Assembly: GCA_000004985.1 (NCBI GenBank)
Contig: GG738856.1
Origin: Naegleria gruberi
Lineage: Eukaryota
Length of the DNA: 64,000 nt
Reading direction: 5' to 3' (one strand)
Shown: piece after piece, positions 25,452-36,949 of the stretch
Numbering within the stretch: position 1 is the first letter of the stretch
Layout of the letters: the number at the start of each line of letters is the position of its first letter
Notes under the pieces: model-generated
Database searches by the model: none
The model's input: only the letters and a program-made list of their open reading frames with translations
Told to the model about the DNA's origin: nothing
Translations under genes and position numbers: made by a program

Positions 25452-25982
25452 CCATCACCAGCATCCAAGTTATGGCAATGAGAAAATAAAGATTGTAATG
25501 GATTTGCTGTCGTCTCATTTTTTTGTGAACATTCAATCCCATTTTGATATTCGGATCAAATTCCTTGTAAAAGTTTAAATCCACATCATCATCATATGAG
25601 ACATAGATAATATTATCTAATTTCAGACAGAAAAATATTATTAATATTTTGCAAGAGTGGACCAATGATAGTACGAAAAGGTGGCATGAATTAATTGCTG
25701 GAAAACAACCAATTTATAATCCATCATGAAAATTTCTTCTACTATTTAATTCTGATTTAGCAGGGTGATGAAATCATGATGAGTAATTACCCATTGTTTT
25801 TTTTTTGTTGAATATTTAACGGTCGGAACAAACAACTTTCAGCGGTTTTGGTTGGCGCGAAATTACCCTTCCTTTATGAGTGAATGTTAGTGAACCAAGA
25901 GAATGTTGAGTCATAAGTGGATGTAGAGCAATAAATATTCAGAAATAGTATCAAAACTGATTGAATGTTAGGAAGTTTCCAT

Positions 25983-26816
25983 TTATTTGTTAAACAATGT
26001 TTTTAGAGAATAGAGAACCAAGCCAGTCAACCCAATTTTCACAATTGTTTTCAATACTTTCCAAATAATAAACAAAGTTGGAGAAAGAGTTTCCTTCAAC
26101 ATTTCATCAATATCCAACTTGGTTGGGATTTCTCTTTTAGAATTGAGATTAAAACTTCTATTTCCTTGAAGTTTTTCATCGAATAGAGATCGCAATAGGA
26201 AAGAGGCAACATCCTGACGAGTAACTTTGGATGTGCCTTTCGGATAATTATTATCCTCTCCAAATTCGAAATCTAGAGTTATTGGTGAGTCCACCAATTG
26301 AGGAGGTCTTACAATGGCATAAGTAATTTTGGAATCTTTGGTCAATTGGCACAAAGCTCTTTCAGAATTTGCCAAATCTTGATAAACATTGTGGATAATA
26401 TACTTTTTAAGGATATTATCAAAAAACCATGATTGTTTCACATCGAGAATGCCAGCCGACGTAATAATTGCAATTCTCATTGGCTTATCCTGTTTTAACA
26501 TTGCTTTAACTGTATTTGAAACTCCAGTTTCTACTAACGTTGTCTTTCCAATAGTTTTTGATCCGAGTGAACTAATCACATGAGTAACTGATGAACTAAT
26601 CAACTCTTCCACATCTTCCAAACGAGTAGCATCTCCCTTCACAATTGTCATCAATTCTCCAAAATCCTTCTTCAAATACGAAAGCATACTAGGATTCCTG
26701 GCCAACACTCTCACTTTCATTCTATTCGAAAGGAGTAGTAAGAGACATTGCTTGCCAACTCCTTGAGTAGCTCCAAGAAGTGCAATTTCACCAACAGTTG
26801 AATTAAATTGAGACAT
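25983..26816 (-). CDS. NAD(P)-binding Rossmann-fold protein, NmrA/BLVRB-like atypical SDR.
   Basis: N-terminal 'IALLGATQGVGKQCL' is a GxxGxxG-type dinucleotide-binding motif. The overall length and pattern fit the NmrA-like family. Confidence 0.6.
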   Translation of the reverse strand: MSQFNSTVGEIALLGATQGVGKQCLLLLLSNRMKVRVLARNPSMLSYLKKDFGELMTIVKGDATRLEDVEELISSSVTHVISSLGSKTIGKTTLVETGVSNTVKAMLKQDKPMRIAIITSAGILDVKQSWFFDNILKKYIIHNVYQDLANSERALCQLTKDSKITYAIVRPPQLVDSPITLDFEFGEDNNYPKGTSKVTRQDVASFLLRSLFDEKLQGNRSFNLNSKREIPTKLDIDEMLKETLSPTLFIIWKVLKTIVKIGLTGLVLYSLKTLFNK

Positions 26817-27541
26817 TTTTTAATGTTTAAGTTGGGCTGAGTTGAATAAGATTGATTTTGAATGGAATTGAAATGTGCGATCAGCGGATGTATTAGTAAA
26901 ATATCCATCTCTCAACAAGAAACATTTATTCCGCCACGCCTCTTGAATATGGTTCATCTGGTTGGTTGGACATTTTGATTCTTACGTTTACTTCCAATTA
27001 GAAAAATCTTGTTTAATTTTGAGTTGATGAAGATAGCTTAACAATTTCACTCGGAGTTTGATAAGAGTTTGAAGATTGCTCACAAATAACAACACTTTGT
27101 GTTTCTGTTTCAGTAGTTGATGACATTTCTCAAATTATTAAAAAGCTATCACTGTATTTCAAGTAATCTTAATTTTTTTTGGATAGAAATTGATAATTTC
27201 ATGCTCCTGTATATAAAGCTGTAAATTACAAAAGAAGCGCTGAATTGTGAACTCTCGGAAGTTGGCTACCTTAAAATCTTAATTCCAATTCGGATCAAGT
27301 TCAAAGATCAGAGTCATCACATTGTTGAATACACTCTTCAACTTCAATTTGAATGAATCAAAGTCCTTTGAATTTCCTTCCGTTCTGTCCACCTTATTTT
27401 ACCTTAATGATTTCTCTCTCTGAGTAAAATCCTCCAATTCTGCTGTGTTGTGGTGTTACATAGATCACAACCCAGCAGAATATTAAAACGCTAAGAATTC
27501 ATCAAATTGCCCGAACAGAGAGAATTTCAATAACAAACAAA

Positions 27542-28042
27542 ATGTTGTCATCAACATGCAAATCGTCAAGCACCTTAATCATGTTCGAAATTCTTCTCCT
27601 CATTGTTTTATTACTCAACAGAGAAAGAGTAAATGCACAGACGTGTAAAGTTGGCACCTTCCTTAATCCAACTCCTTGTACCAATTGTTCTGTTTGCTCT
27701 GGAGCTGCATCTTCTTCATGTTGCACACTTGATAATGATGCAGTGGTCAGAGGAGTATTACAATTGATTGATCCTACCAATGAGAGTTGTCTGAATAAGA
27801 TGAAGGAATATCTGTGTGCAATGTGTGATCCGAAGAATCAGAAATTTGTTGTGAATGGAAAATTAAACATGTGCCGTTCGAGATGTTTGGAGAGTAATGA
27901 TTTGTGTGGGGTTTCGGCAACCATGACTTGTTCTTCCAATTCGGATAACAATTGTTGGAGTGCAGCTGTATCGTTGAATGTTGTCAGCTATCGAATGCTA
28001 CTACCCATCTCTTTATTAATCTTCTTAATGTTTGTTCATTAA
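27542..28042 (+). CDS. Small secreted Cys-rich protein (more than 14 Cys) with a C-terminal hydrophobic tail. Candidate GPI-anchored.
   Basis: Signal peptide 'MLSSTCKSSSTLIMFEILLLIVLLLNRERVNA'. Dense Cys spacing. The sequence ends in 'SAAVSLNVVSYRMLLPISLLIFLMFVH', which is omega-site like. Confidence 0.5.
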   Translation: MLSSTCKSSSTLIMFEILLLIVLLLNRERVNAQTCKVGTFLNPTPCTNCSVCSGAASSSCCTLDNDAVVRGVLQLIDPTNESCLNKMKEYLCAMCDPKNQKFVVNGKLNMCRSRCLESNDLCGVSATMTCSSNSDNNCWSAAVSLNVVSYRMLLPISLLIFLMFVH

Positions 28043-28411
28043 AGATTTAATAAATATTACCAAATAACGAGGAAATTCCATAGACCAACGCACTCACCAA
28101 ACAGAAACAACAACAATCGTTATATTATATAGATTATTGATTTATTGGTGATGATTTCATCTCCGTGCTTGACATCATTATGGAATCAAAACGATGGGGC
28201 AGAAAAATATTGCAATTGAACAAACATCATGCCGGCTGATTCACCAAAAGATTGTCAAGTTTGAGCTAGGACTTTGAATTTAATACAATTTGATTTTATT
28301 CGAAAGTTCACTTTAGTAAATATTGTAAAGTGTTGATTAGTTTGACATGACACCGTAACTGCGCAAGATAATTACTTCTTTACTAACATGTTCAGCATCA
28401 TAATCAAAAAA

Positions 28412-29299
28412 ATGGCATCAAACAACCGAAACTTTTTCGTCTTGTTTGCTTGTGTGATGAGTTTAGTCTTCCTACAACTCGTTTCGGCCAAGTTAACCAT
28501 CCAACCAGAAAGCAATTCTTGGTGGATTCAACTTCACTCTACCGAACCAGCCAAATACATTAAAGTTTCGTATAAAACTTCTTCAGGCCAAAGAGTTTCG
28601 GTTACTGCAAAACGTCCAAGTTGGGATTCAGCACATAACTATTTCACATGCAGCGCACCAGCAGAAATTCCAAACAATGCACTCACCACCTTTACTCTTA
28701 TCAAAATGAATGGAAAGCGTCAAACCATGTCCATGAAATTCTATAATCGAAACTCTGTTTCTTCTTCTGGAGCTAGCTCTCACTCTGGTGGACACAGCCA
28801 TGGATCCAACCCTTCTAGCAGCGGCAGTGGTCATAAAATTGCCTATGCCACATGGTATGACCAAACAGCTGCTGGAACTCCAGTTTGTGGATTCAAAACT
28901 AAATATTGTGGAGCTCCCTCAGATCAATTCGAAGGTCTTGGCGAAAGAGTTGGACCATGTTCTGGTGGATCTGCCAGTTCCACATGTCAAAATTGTCAAC
29001 GTGGCTACTGTTATGGTCCTAAATGTGTAGCTCCACATTGTAAACATGGTGGTTGTAATAAGAAACTCAAAATTTGGTGTGTGGACACAGCTCAAGGAGC
29101 TTGCAAAACCACCAAACCAATCATCATGACCATTAATAATATTTGTCCGAAAAGACATCCTTGCAATACATGTAAGGGAGGTGAAAATCCGTGTGCCAGA
29201 AAGGATCACTTGGATTTGTGTGAGAGTACCTTCTTTGCCATTGCAAATCATCAACCAAGAGCTAAGGGATTGAAAATTGCCTTTGAATTGGTTCATTAA
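28412..29299 (+). CDS. Secreted protein with an N-terminal beta-sandwich-like domain, a Ser/Gly linker, and a C-terminal Cys-rich double-psi beta-barrel (RlpA/expansin/barwin-like) domain.
   Basis: Signal peptide 'MASNNRNFFVLFACVMSLVFLQLVSA'. DPBB hallmarks 'IAYATWYDQTAAGTPVCGF...' and terminal 'HLDLCESTFFAIANHQPRAKGLKIAFELV'. Confidence 0.55.
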   Translation: MASNNRNFFVLFACVMSLVFLQLVSAKLTIQPESNSWWIQLHSTEPAKYIKVSYKTSSGQRVSVTAKRPSWDSAHNYFTCSAPAEIPNNALTTFTLIKMNGKRQTMSMKFYNRNSVSSSGASSHSGGHSHGSNPSSSGSGHKIAYATWYDQTAAGTPVCGFKTKYCGAPSDQFEGLGERVGPCSGGSASSTCQNCQRGYCYGPKCVAPHCKHGGCNKKLKIWCVDTAQGACKTTKPIIMTINNICPKRHPCNTCKGGENPCARKDHLDLCESTFFAIANHQPRAKGLKIAFELVH

Positions 29300-29605
29300 A
29301 TATTTTTAATATTTATTAAAACGATGATTTTTTATACTATTGTAAGTCAATACATGTAAAATTTGATAAAAAATATAATTGCAAAAAAGAAAGGAAACTG
29401 GAATTGATTGAAAATGGAATTCGGTTGATTGTAAGATCTTTGGGATTACAATTGACAAGCTGTGTGGGTAGGAAAACTGAAGATGTGAGTGATTGACATT
29501 TAGAGAGATATAACATTTTGTTAAAGAGATAACACCTTTACAATAATAATATGGATAATAAAATTGGAAAGATTATATTAGAATCATAAATAAAATATCA
29601 AAAAA

Positions 29606-30043
29606 ATGACAACACTAACAATCAATACCAATTTCATTTTAGAGGGTTTTAAAAGCTTCCGTAAATCCCTTACTACATCACCTCTCTTTACAAAATCACC
29701 TCCCGCTAAAACTATTCGAAACCTCAATACATCCAATCATTCGAATAATGATAGAGACCACGACGATTACTTCTTTCACGAAGAAGAATTACAAAAGAGA
29801 AGAGAATTACAAGTAAAGAAAATACCGGAAAGAAAAAAGGAAGAATTCGAAAGAAGAGTAAAGAGACGAAAGGTTTCGATTGGTTCCGCCAAGTATAAAC
29901 CAGTTGTAATTGTGGAGGTAAAGAGATCAAACTTGCAAATTATTAGTTCCTTAAACTTGGAAACTCGACAAGATTTTGATGAGAAACCAAAAATGGTGAT
30001 GAGAGAAAGAAGTAGAACTGCCGCACCTTTACTTCACCTTTAG
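29606..30043 (+). CDS. Hypothetical basic protein of 145 aa.
   Basis: A-rich start context. The central segment is Lys/Arg/Glu-rich. No identifiable domain. Confidence 0.3.
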   Translation: MTTLTINTNFILEGFKSFRKSLTTSPLFTKSPPAKTIRNLNTSNHSNNDRDHDDYFFHEEELQKRRELQVKKIPERKKEEFERRVKRRKVSIGSAKYKPVVIVEVKRSNLQIISSLNLETRQDFDEKPKMVMRERSRTAAPLLHL

Positions 30044-30188
30044 ACGAAACTTGCAGAAGAAAGGTTTTGGAGCTTATTAAAATGGTTGGCCCATTTACAG
30101 AAAAACAGAATCTTTCTCTAATAAATAGAATAACTTGCGAGAATTAAAATTATTTTTGTAATTTTTGTAATTTAATAAAAAAATTTAA

Positions 30189-33100
30189 TTAAAGATCTGC
30201 ATCTTCAATCAGAGAATTTTCAATAAGAATAAACAATGCCTCCAAATCATCTTGTTTTTGTAAGAGTTCAATACTTGCAGTGTCTAATCTGAAAGATTTA
30301 TCTCTCAATCGAATAAATCTGATGGCCTTAACAAGAATGTCAAAGATGATGTGTTTGTGGGCCTTGTATGTCTTATTCCTCAATCGATCAATCATTGAAT
30401 TAATATCACAGAATAGTGAGAGAATAAAGACTGCATGCATGATGAATTTTCTCGTATCAACGTCATCGTTGGAAGAAATTGTGAGAATATAATCGAAAAG
30501 AGTGGAAACTACATTGTCGTTCACTCGTTCAGATTTGAGCATACCAATGGCCTTAATGGCATGTAAACGAAGAATGACCATTGATCTTCCTTCCTCGATG
30601 ATTCTCAATAAGAGAGATTGAACTACCTTTTCATCGTTATAATTTGCAACGTATCCTAAAGATTCGGCACAGAGAGCTCTGATTACTTCTGGAACTTCAC
30701 GATTTTCCAAACGTTCCATCAAGTGTTGGACAATGTTTTGTGCACCCCTTTCTGATTTTCTACCCAACAAACGAACTGAAACTTCCACCACACCAATGTC
30801 AGTATGTTTCAATAATTGAATAAAAGTATCAATGACTGCTTGATTGTTTGTATGACTAATCTTTTCCAAAGTTGTTGTACATGAGGTAATAACTTCCTCT
30901 GATTCTGAGAGAAGTCGCTTACAAAGAATTTCAATGATTTTCTGATCACCTTTCTTTGCAATTTGAGCAAGAGCAATGGCACTCTGTTCTCTGTTTACAT
31001 CCTTGGATGATCTGTTTGAAAATTGTTCCAAGAGTGCACAAATGACAACTTCATCCTCCTTTGGAGCTGAATATCCAAGTGCACAAATAATTCTGTCAGG
31101 TTGAGATGAGGTCTTTAACATTTGAAGGAGTTTGCTAACAAGGGCAGGATCCTTTCTTTGACTGATAGATCCCAAGGCCATTGCAACTCGGTATGCAATT
31201 GACTTTCTTTCATTTTCCAACATGTTCAATAATCTGTACTGAATAACAGGCAACAAATCAGGAATAACAACTGCAGAGAATGCTTCACTGACAATCATGT
31301 CATCAAAACTGCTTTCTTTCAAACAATCAATGAGTGTATCAATAATTTCCATGTCACCCTTTTCGGCTAATTTACCCAAGCAAATACAAGCTTCATAACA
31401 CTTGTTCGAAACCTTGGTCAATTCAGAAATAACAAGCGGATCACCATATTTTGCAACAGATCCCAATCCAATACAAGCAACCTTTCTAAAGTTGTAATCG
31501 TTCAACATTGGAATCAACATGTTAATAATTGTCGAATCTTCTTTCTCTGCAACCTTTGTAATTGCTTCAATGGCTGCTTCAATAAGAGGAACGTTGGCTT
31601 TGTTGCTTGTACCCTTTGGAGTATTGTTAATAATATTAGTTAGGGCTGAAATAACCGCCTTGTCACCTCTATCAGCCAATTTACCAATACAAATGCAAAG
31701 TCTCTTTCTAATATTGATATCCTTGGTTTCTTCCAATTTCTTAATGAGAATCGAGACGAATTTTTGTTCTCCCTTTGGCATAATAATTGAAAGTGCATGA
31801 ATAGCATATTCGTTGGTTTCTACGTGTTGTAAAAGCCCATCACCAATCTTTTCGAATAATTGATTGTACATGAACGATCTAGTAATTGCCTTATTTCTCA
31901 AATCTTCTGATTTGTGAATGAGTCCTTGCACAATCATTGAGACATTCTCATCAGTCTTTAATTGCTTCATAATCTTGGAGTATTCTTGATGCTCAGATTT
32001 TGGTCTCTCCATAATCATATTGTAAATAACACTGTCAACTGAAGTCAAATCCTTCTTGAATAATTTCATGATGAGTTTGATGAAATCATCAAAATCGTTT
32101 TTGGCCATTTCAGATGCACAGAACAAGAATGTTTCACTAATGAATTATAAGATGAAAACTATTCGAAATAACTTACGTATAGAATGGATCAACAATAAAT
32201 TGTTGAATTCTTTCCTTGAAAAATTCAAGCTTGTTCTTGGAAAATGGACCAGTTGCTCTCACTCTAAAATCACTGACAACAGATGTGTTAGCCCAGTGAC
32301 TTGCTACAAGATATTGTTGGAAAGAAGTGTGACTGAAACGATATTTACCATCTCCACATGCCATAATTAATGGGAATTTACCCGAGTCAATTCTAGGTTG
32401 AAGAACTTTCCATTGGTTTTGGAATTCTCCATTCGAAACTGCATGGAAAATCCAATCGTCACCCTTGGAAACTAAATCATTTTCTGCAGTGCTGGTAAAC
32501 AAGCCACCATCACTGGTATTATTGAGAGATAATTTTCGAGCAACTTCAATAGAATTAGTAAAATCTTGAGAACTGAACGTATGTCTTCTCAATTTGTGTA
32601 AAAAGATGGACACTTTTCTCAAGAATTCAATGAGGGTAATTTGCATTCTATTGACTTTCTGCTGATCTGACACCAACTTGGTATAGTGAAGTCTGGTAAT
32701 TGTTTGGAGAGCATTTTGATAAATCTTGGATCTGATTTCTGGAAGGGAGCCATTTGTCTTGTACTCTTGAATGATGAGTGAAAGTAAAAGTGGATTCTTT
32801 GCCAATTCTCTGTACTTTCCCTTGATTGCTGAAAAGAATAAACTATCCACAATGTTACGTTTCAGAGCAATCTTCTTTTGAATATCAAATGTTAAATTTT
32901 CCAAAGTGGCAGCAATAAAGGAGGAGAAGAATTTTCTTGTTTTAGAATCAGCTTCAATACCACCCAATCTAGTTGTAACCATAAGTCCATTAGAGTTAGA
33001 AACTTCATCTGGAGGTGGGAATTGTTCAACCAGAGATAGCAAGAGTCTCTTCTTTTGTTGAGGAGAAGCAATTTCATCAATACCATCGAAAATGAAGAGA

Positions 33101-35712
33101 ACTCGTTGTTCCTTCATGGCTGTCATCAAGTAGTGTTCCAAAAGATTGACATACCTCACACTGTTACCATTGGCACTATTTTGCATACTGGCACCAGCAC
33201 TAGCTCTAATACATTTCAAACGGAAATCAGCATCGGCATTTCTCAAACTAGCAAAAATACCAGCAGGAATGAAGAGTGGAATGAGAATTCTGTCACCAGT
33301 GACTTGAGAGGATTTACGTTGCTCAATCTTCTTCTTGATGAATCTTGTGACCACCATCTTGAGCATTGAGGTCTTTCCTGATGAAGCATTTGAAGTAAGC
33401 AAGAATCGAAGATTATTAGAAGGAAGTGAAGAAATGAATTCTGCTCCATCTTCATGGAAAATATTCTTGTACTCTTCATATTCAACTTTTTCGTCTGTTT
33501 TACCATTCGAAAGTTCTTCAGAAAAATCTTCAATAATGTGAACTCTTCTTTCATTGTCGAATTCCTTGTCATCACTGGCTTGTGTAGTGGTGGTAGTAGA
33601 TGCACTGTTTGTTGAAGAGCCAGTTCCAATCAATTCATCAACCCAGTTCTTTCCATGTTGAATCAAATGAAGAGGAACACAATGCTCATCCACATATAAA
33701 GTTTCCTGACTGATTGGCTCGACAAACAGTCTTTCATTTTGTAAAATCATGTCCAAATATTGGCTTTCTGCTGTTTCATAAGCTTGTTCAGAGAGAGGTT
33801 TCAAATATTCTTCAATATCCCAATTCGATTCTCCAATAACAAGACAATTTTGAATCAGATTGAGTACGTCCAAGTTGAAAGGAAAACCTGCCTTTCTAAC
33901 TAGATTGTTATAACTGAGAACGGTAACAATACCTGTCCTTTCATCGTCCACAATGTCTACATCAAATCCTTGATTGGCTGTAATCATCTTCTTGAAACCT
34001 CTTTCAGCATTCTTTGGAATTTTGTCAAAATCCAAGTATTCTTGGTAAGCTTGTCTAAAGTTTGCCCAGGTTACTTCTTTCATTTCTGACCAACCACTTT
34101 GTTTCCAAAATTCTCTGGCCTTGTCCAATTCAATAGATTTGAGTGGGTCTCTAATTTTCATTAATCTAGCTCTTTCCAATTGTCCTAAAAGACTTGCCAA
34201 TTCTTTAACATCATTATCTATGAATTCATCACTTTTGGATGGTGTAGAAGGTGTATTTTGATCTATTTTTGGTATCAGTTCAGAAATTTCCTTATCCAAA
34301 TCACTAATAATTTCCTTAGCTTCTGGTCTATCGACTGGGTCAATCTTTAAACATCTGTCAATAATTCTAACTAAAACTTCATCATTATTCTTCAATCTTT
34401 GCATGATATATTCTGGATTATTTCTAATTTCATTGATTAAATCAGGAATTTCACTTTGGGAATACAAACAAAGCAATTGGAATAATAAAATACCCAAAGA
34501 CCAAATATCCACTGCCTCATCATAACGCTTACTTTCAAGCATTTCTGGGGCAATATATTTCATTGTACCCATGACAGTGTTCATGAGTTTTTCATCTTTC
34601 CTAGTGAAACCAAAGTCACAAACTTTGATCATTTGCTTATTCTTTGTAAGTAAAATGTTATCTGGTTTGATATCTCTGTGTGCAATTTTCTGACTGTGCA
34701 TATATTCCATACATTTACAAATTTGTTTAGTCCAACTCTTGATTATATCAGTTTCGAATGGACGTTGTTCACGTTGTCTTCTGGAAATTTCTAATTCCAA
34801 ACTTCCATCAATACAATATTCCATAACAATATAGAAACGAGTTTGTTCAACAATTGATCCCTTCTTTTTCTCTTCAAAAATGTAGTGATGTTTCACAATA
34901 TTTTCCTGTTGCAAGGTCAATAAAAATTGTAAATCTCTTCTTGCAGTTTCTATTAAAGAATTAATTTCAAATCAATTGATTGAGGAGAAAAACTTACCAA
35001 TTTCTTCTGGATCTTCACAAACAACCAACTTGATGGCCACGTTTGCATCTTCTCCCTCGAGTGGATTTTTGAGCTCTGCAGAAAAAACTGCTCCTTCATT
35101 ACCTCCACCAATCTTTTTAACAATTTTGAAATCTTTTAATGTTCTTTGAGTACTATTCTCGATTGTTGTACTATTCACAGTGGCAATGTCTTTCTTTTCT
35201 GTTGTTGTTGTTGTACTGTCACTTTCTTCACTACTATTGGAAGGTTTAGTTTCAGATGAAACCTCTGTTTCTTCTGGTTTCTTCTCGGTTGTATTAACTG
35301 TATTATTGTTAGATATGGTATTAGATGACTCGGATGATGATTTTTCAGTTTGAATTTCCTCTTTCGTCTCGTTATTTTCAGTAGACGAAACCTTTTCCAT
35401 CCCATTATTATTGATATCGCCATTATTATTATTGATAGCAGCAAGACTTCCATTCACACTACCACCCACCAATGAAGATGATGACGATCCGGCCGAATTA
35501 TTCATAGTCGGACTGACAGCTGTCGATCGAGGTGTTGTTCCTCCAGCACTATCAGCACCACCTCCACCTCCAACACTTCCATCATTACTTCTTGGTGAAT
35601 ACAATAGACTATTACTATTCCCTCCTCGTGGTGTTGTTGGTGAGGCCTCCACTTGCACCTTGTTGGAAAAACTCTCGTGCCTCTTGAGCGCGTTAAAAAT
35701 GCTATCAGACAT
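30189..35712 (-). CDS. STAND/NLR-like signalling ATPase: a low-complexity N-terminus, a Ser/Thr protein kinase, a NACHT NTPase and C-terminal HEAT (PBS-lyase type) repeats. Three exons, approximately complement(join(30189..32136,32177..34949,34998..35712)), about 1812 aa.
   Basis: Kinase: 'IGGGNEGAVFSAEL...VAIK' then '...HRDIKPDNILL...KVCDFGF...GTMKYIAPE'. NACHT: Walker A 'NASSGKTSML', Walker B 'VLFIFDGIDE', 'MVTTRLG', 'NPLLLSLII' and 'FSHTSFQQYLVASH'. C-terminal repeats include 'ALGSISQRKDPALVSKLLQMLK' and 'AIALAQIAKKGDQKIIEILCKRL'. Introns of 40 and 48 nt (GTAAGT...TTAG/ATAG) join the three track ORFs in frame. I take the start at the second Met (35712, context aaaaaaaaaaATG). The alternative start is 35784. 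Confidence 0.8.
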
Positions 35713-35920
35713 TTTTTTTTTTTGGATGATGAAAATTGCTGTTGTTGATGGGAGGATGAGAATGAACGAATGAGGAAGGGACAAGAGACGAGATTTCAGT
35801 GATGTTTGTCTGAGGAAGTTCCCTGCAAAGAGTTTGAGAGAAGATTTTTTATGGTGGATTCGTGTGAGTTTTTTTTCGATTTGTATACAATGGTTGATTG
35901 TAATAAATTAAAGGATTTTA

Positions 35921-36949
35921 TTAAGGGGAAGCAAAATTAAATTGAAGGGAAGCATTTGGAATGGTAGGAGGGAGAGGTGGAGCCATTCCAATTGGATGTG
36001 CTGATATTCCAGATAAACTTCCAAGGGTTAACCATCTGAGCAAAAGAATGAGACCAATCATGGCCAAATAAATATAAAAGAATTTCAATGCCAAAAGTGC
36101 AATATTCAAAATAGCTTTGAAAGCAGACTCTAAAAATGTATCTTGTTGACTTGGTGTCATTGTAACAGTTCCAACTTTGAGTTGATTTTGTAATTGCATT
36201 TCAATCCAAGTTGATTTGATTAGTGAAATGTAGAGTTGTTGATTTTTGATAATTCTTGATGGAGAGGTGTTTTGTACATTGTTATTTACAGAATTTTCTC
36301 TTAGTGAGGTTGAAATTTGGTTAGTTTGATTCGAATGAGTTTCTAATAAATTATTTGAGGTATTGTTTTGAGAAATGGATGGAGGAGTGGAAATGGTAGA
36401 ATTCTCTGATAATGTTTGATTGAGGGTCACAATCGTAAACTGTTTCTTATTTGATTTGATGAGCAAAATGACTTGTTCATCAGTTTTATGGGAAAGAACG
36501 AAGAATGCAAAAACAAACAATCCAATCGTTGTAATTATCAATCCAATTCTTCTCTCATGAATCAAAACCATACTATAGTTGACAATTTTTTGGATAAAGG
36601 TGTTGCTTGATTGAGTAGTTGTTATCGTTTGATTATCATTGTCCATTTCCCTATTAGGAATTGATTTCAAAAAGGATTTTATCTTGTCCAGAACGGAAAC
36701 AAGACATAAACACAATACTAAACATAAGAGTATTGTCAGGTGATTAGGACCTGTCGCCGATGATGTTGTTTCTAAACCTGTTTCATCCACACTATTTGAC
36801 TTTCTATTACAAAAACTAAAGAATTGAAAGTTATGCGAAATTAACCAATCATACACCATTGAATGTATGGAAAATGGTGGTATGGCAGTCATTGAACAAA
36901 ACCACGACGATTCATCCATTACAATTTGATTATTACTGTTCATTTTCAA
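35921..36949 (-). CDS. Hypothetical multi-pass membrane protein with an Asn/Ser/Thr-rich loop.
   Basis: Three or four hydrophobic helices ('LTILLCLVLCLCLVSVL', 'IGLIITTIGLFVFAFFVL', 'ILNIALLALKFFYIYLAMIGLILLL'). No recognisable domain. Confidence 0.4.
   Translation of the reverse strand: MKMNSNNQIVMDESSWFCSMTAIPPFSIHSMVYDWLISHNFQFFSFCNRKSNSVDETGLETTSSATGPNHLTILLCLVLCLCLVSVLDKIKSFLKSIPNREMDNDNQTITTTQSSNTFIQKIVNYSMVLIHERRIGLIITTIGLFVFAFFVLSHKTDEQVILLIKSNKKQFTIVTLNQTLSENSTISTPPSISQNNTSNNLLETHSNQTNQISTSLRENSVNNNVQNTSPSRIIKNQQLYISLIKSTWIEMQLQNQLKVGTVTMTPSQQDTFLESAFKAILNIALLALKFFYIYLAMIGLILLLRWLTLGSLSGISAHPIGMAPPLPPTIPNASLQFNFASP

Noticed and set aside
25845-25870. A 'TTTCGCGCCAA' E2F-like element upstream of the receptor-kinase gene.
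   Set aside because: It is a single short match in a 64 kb window. There is no conservation or positional evidence, so it is not reportable as a regulatory site.
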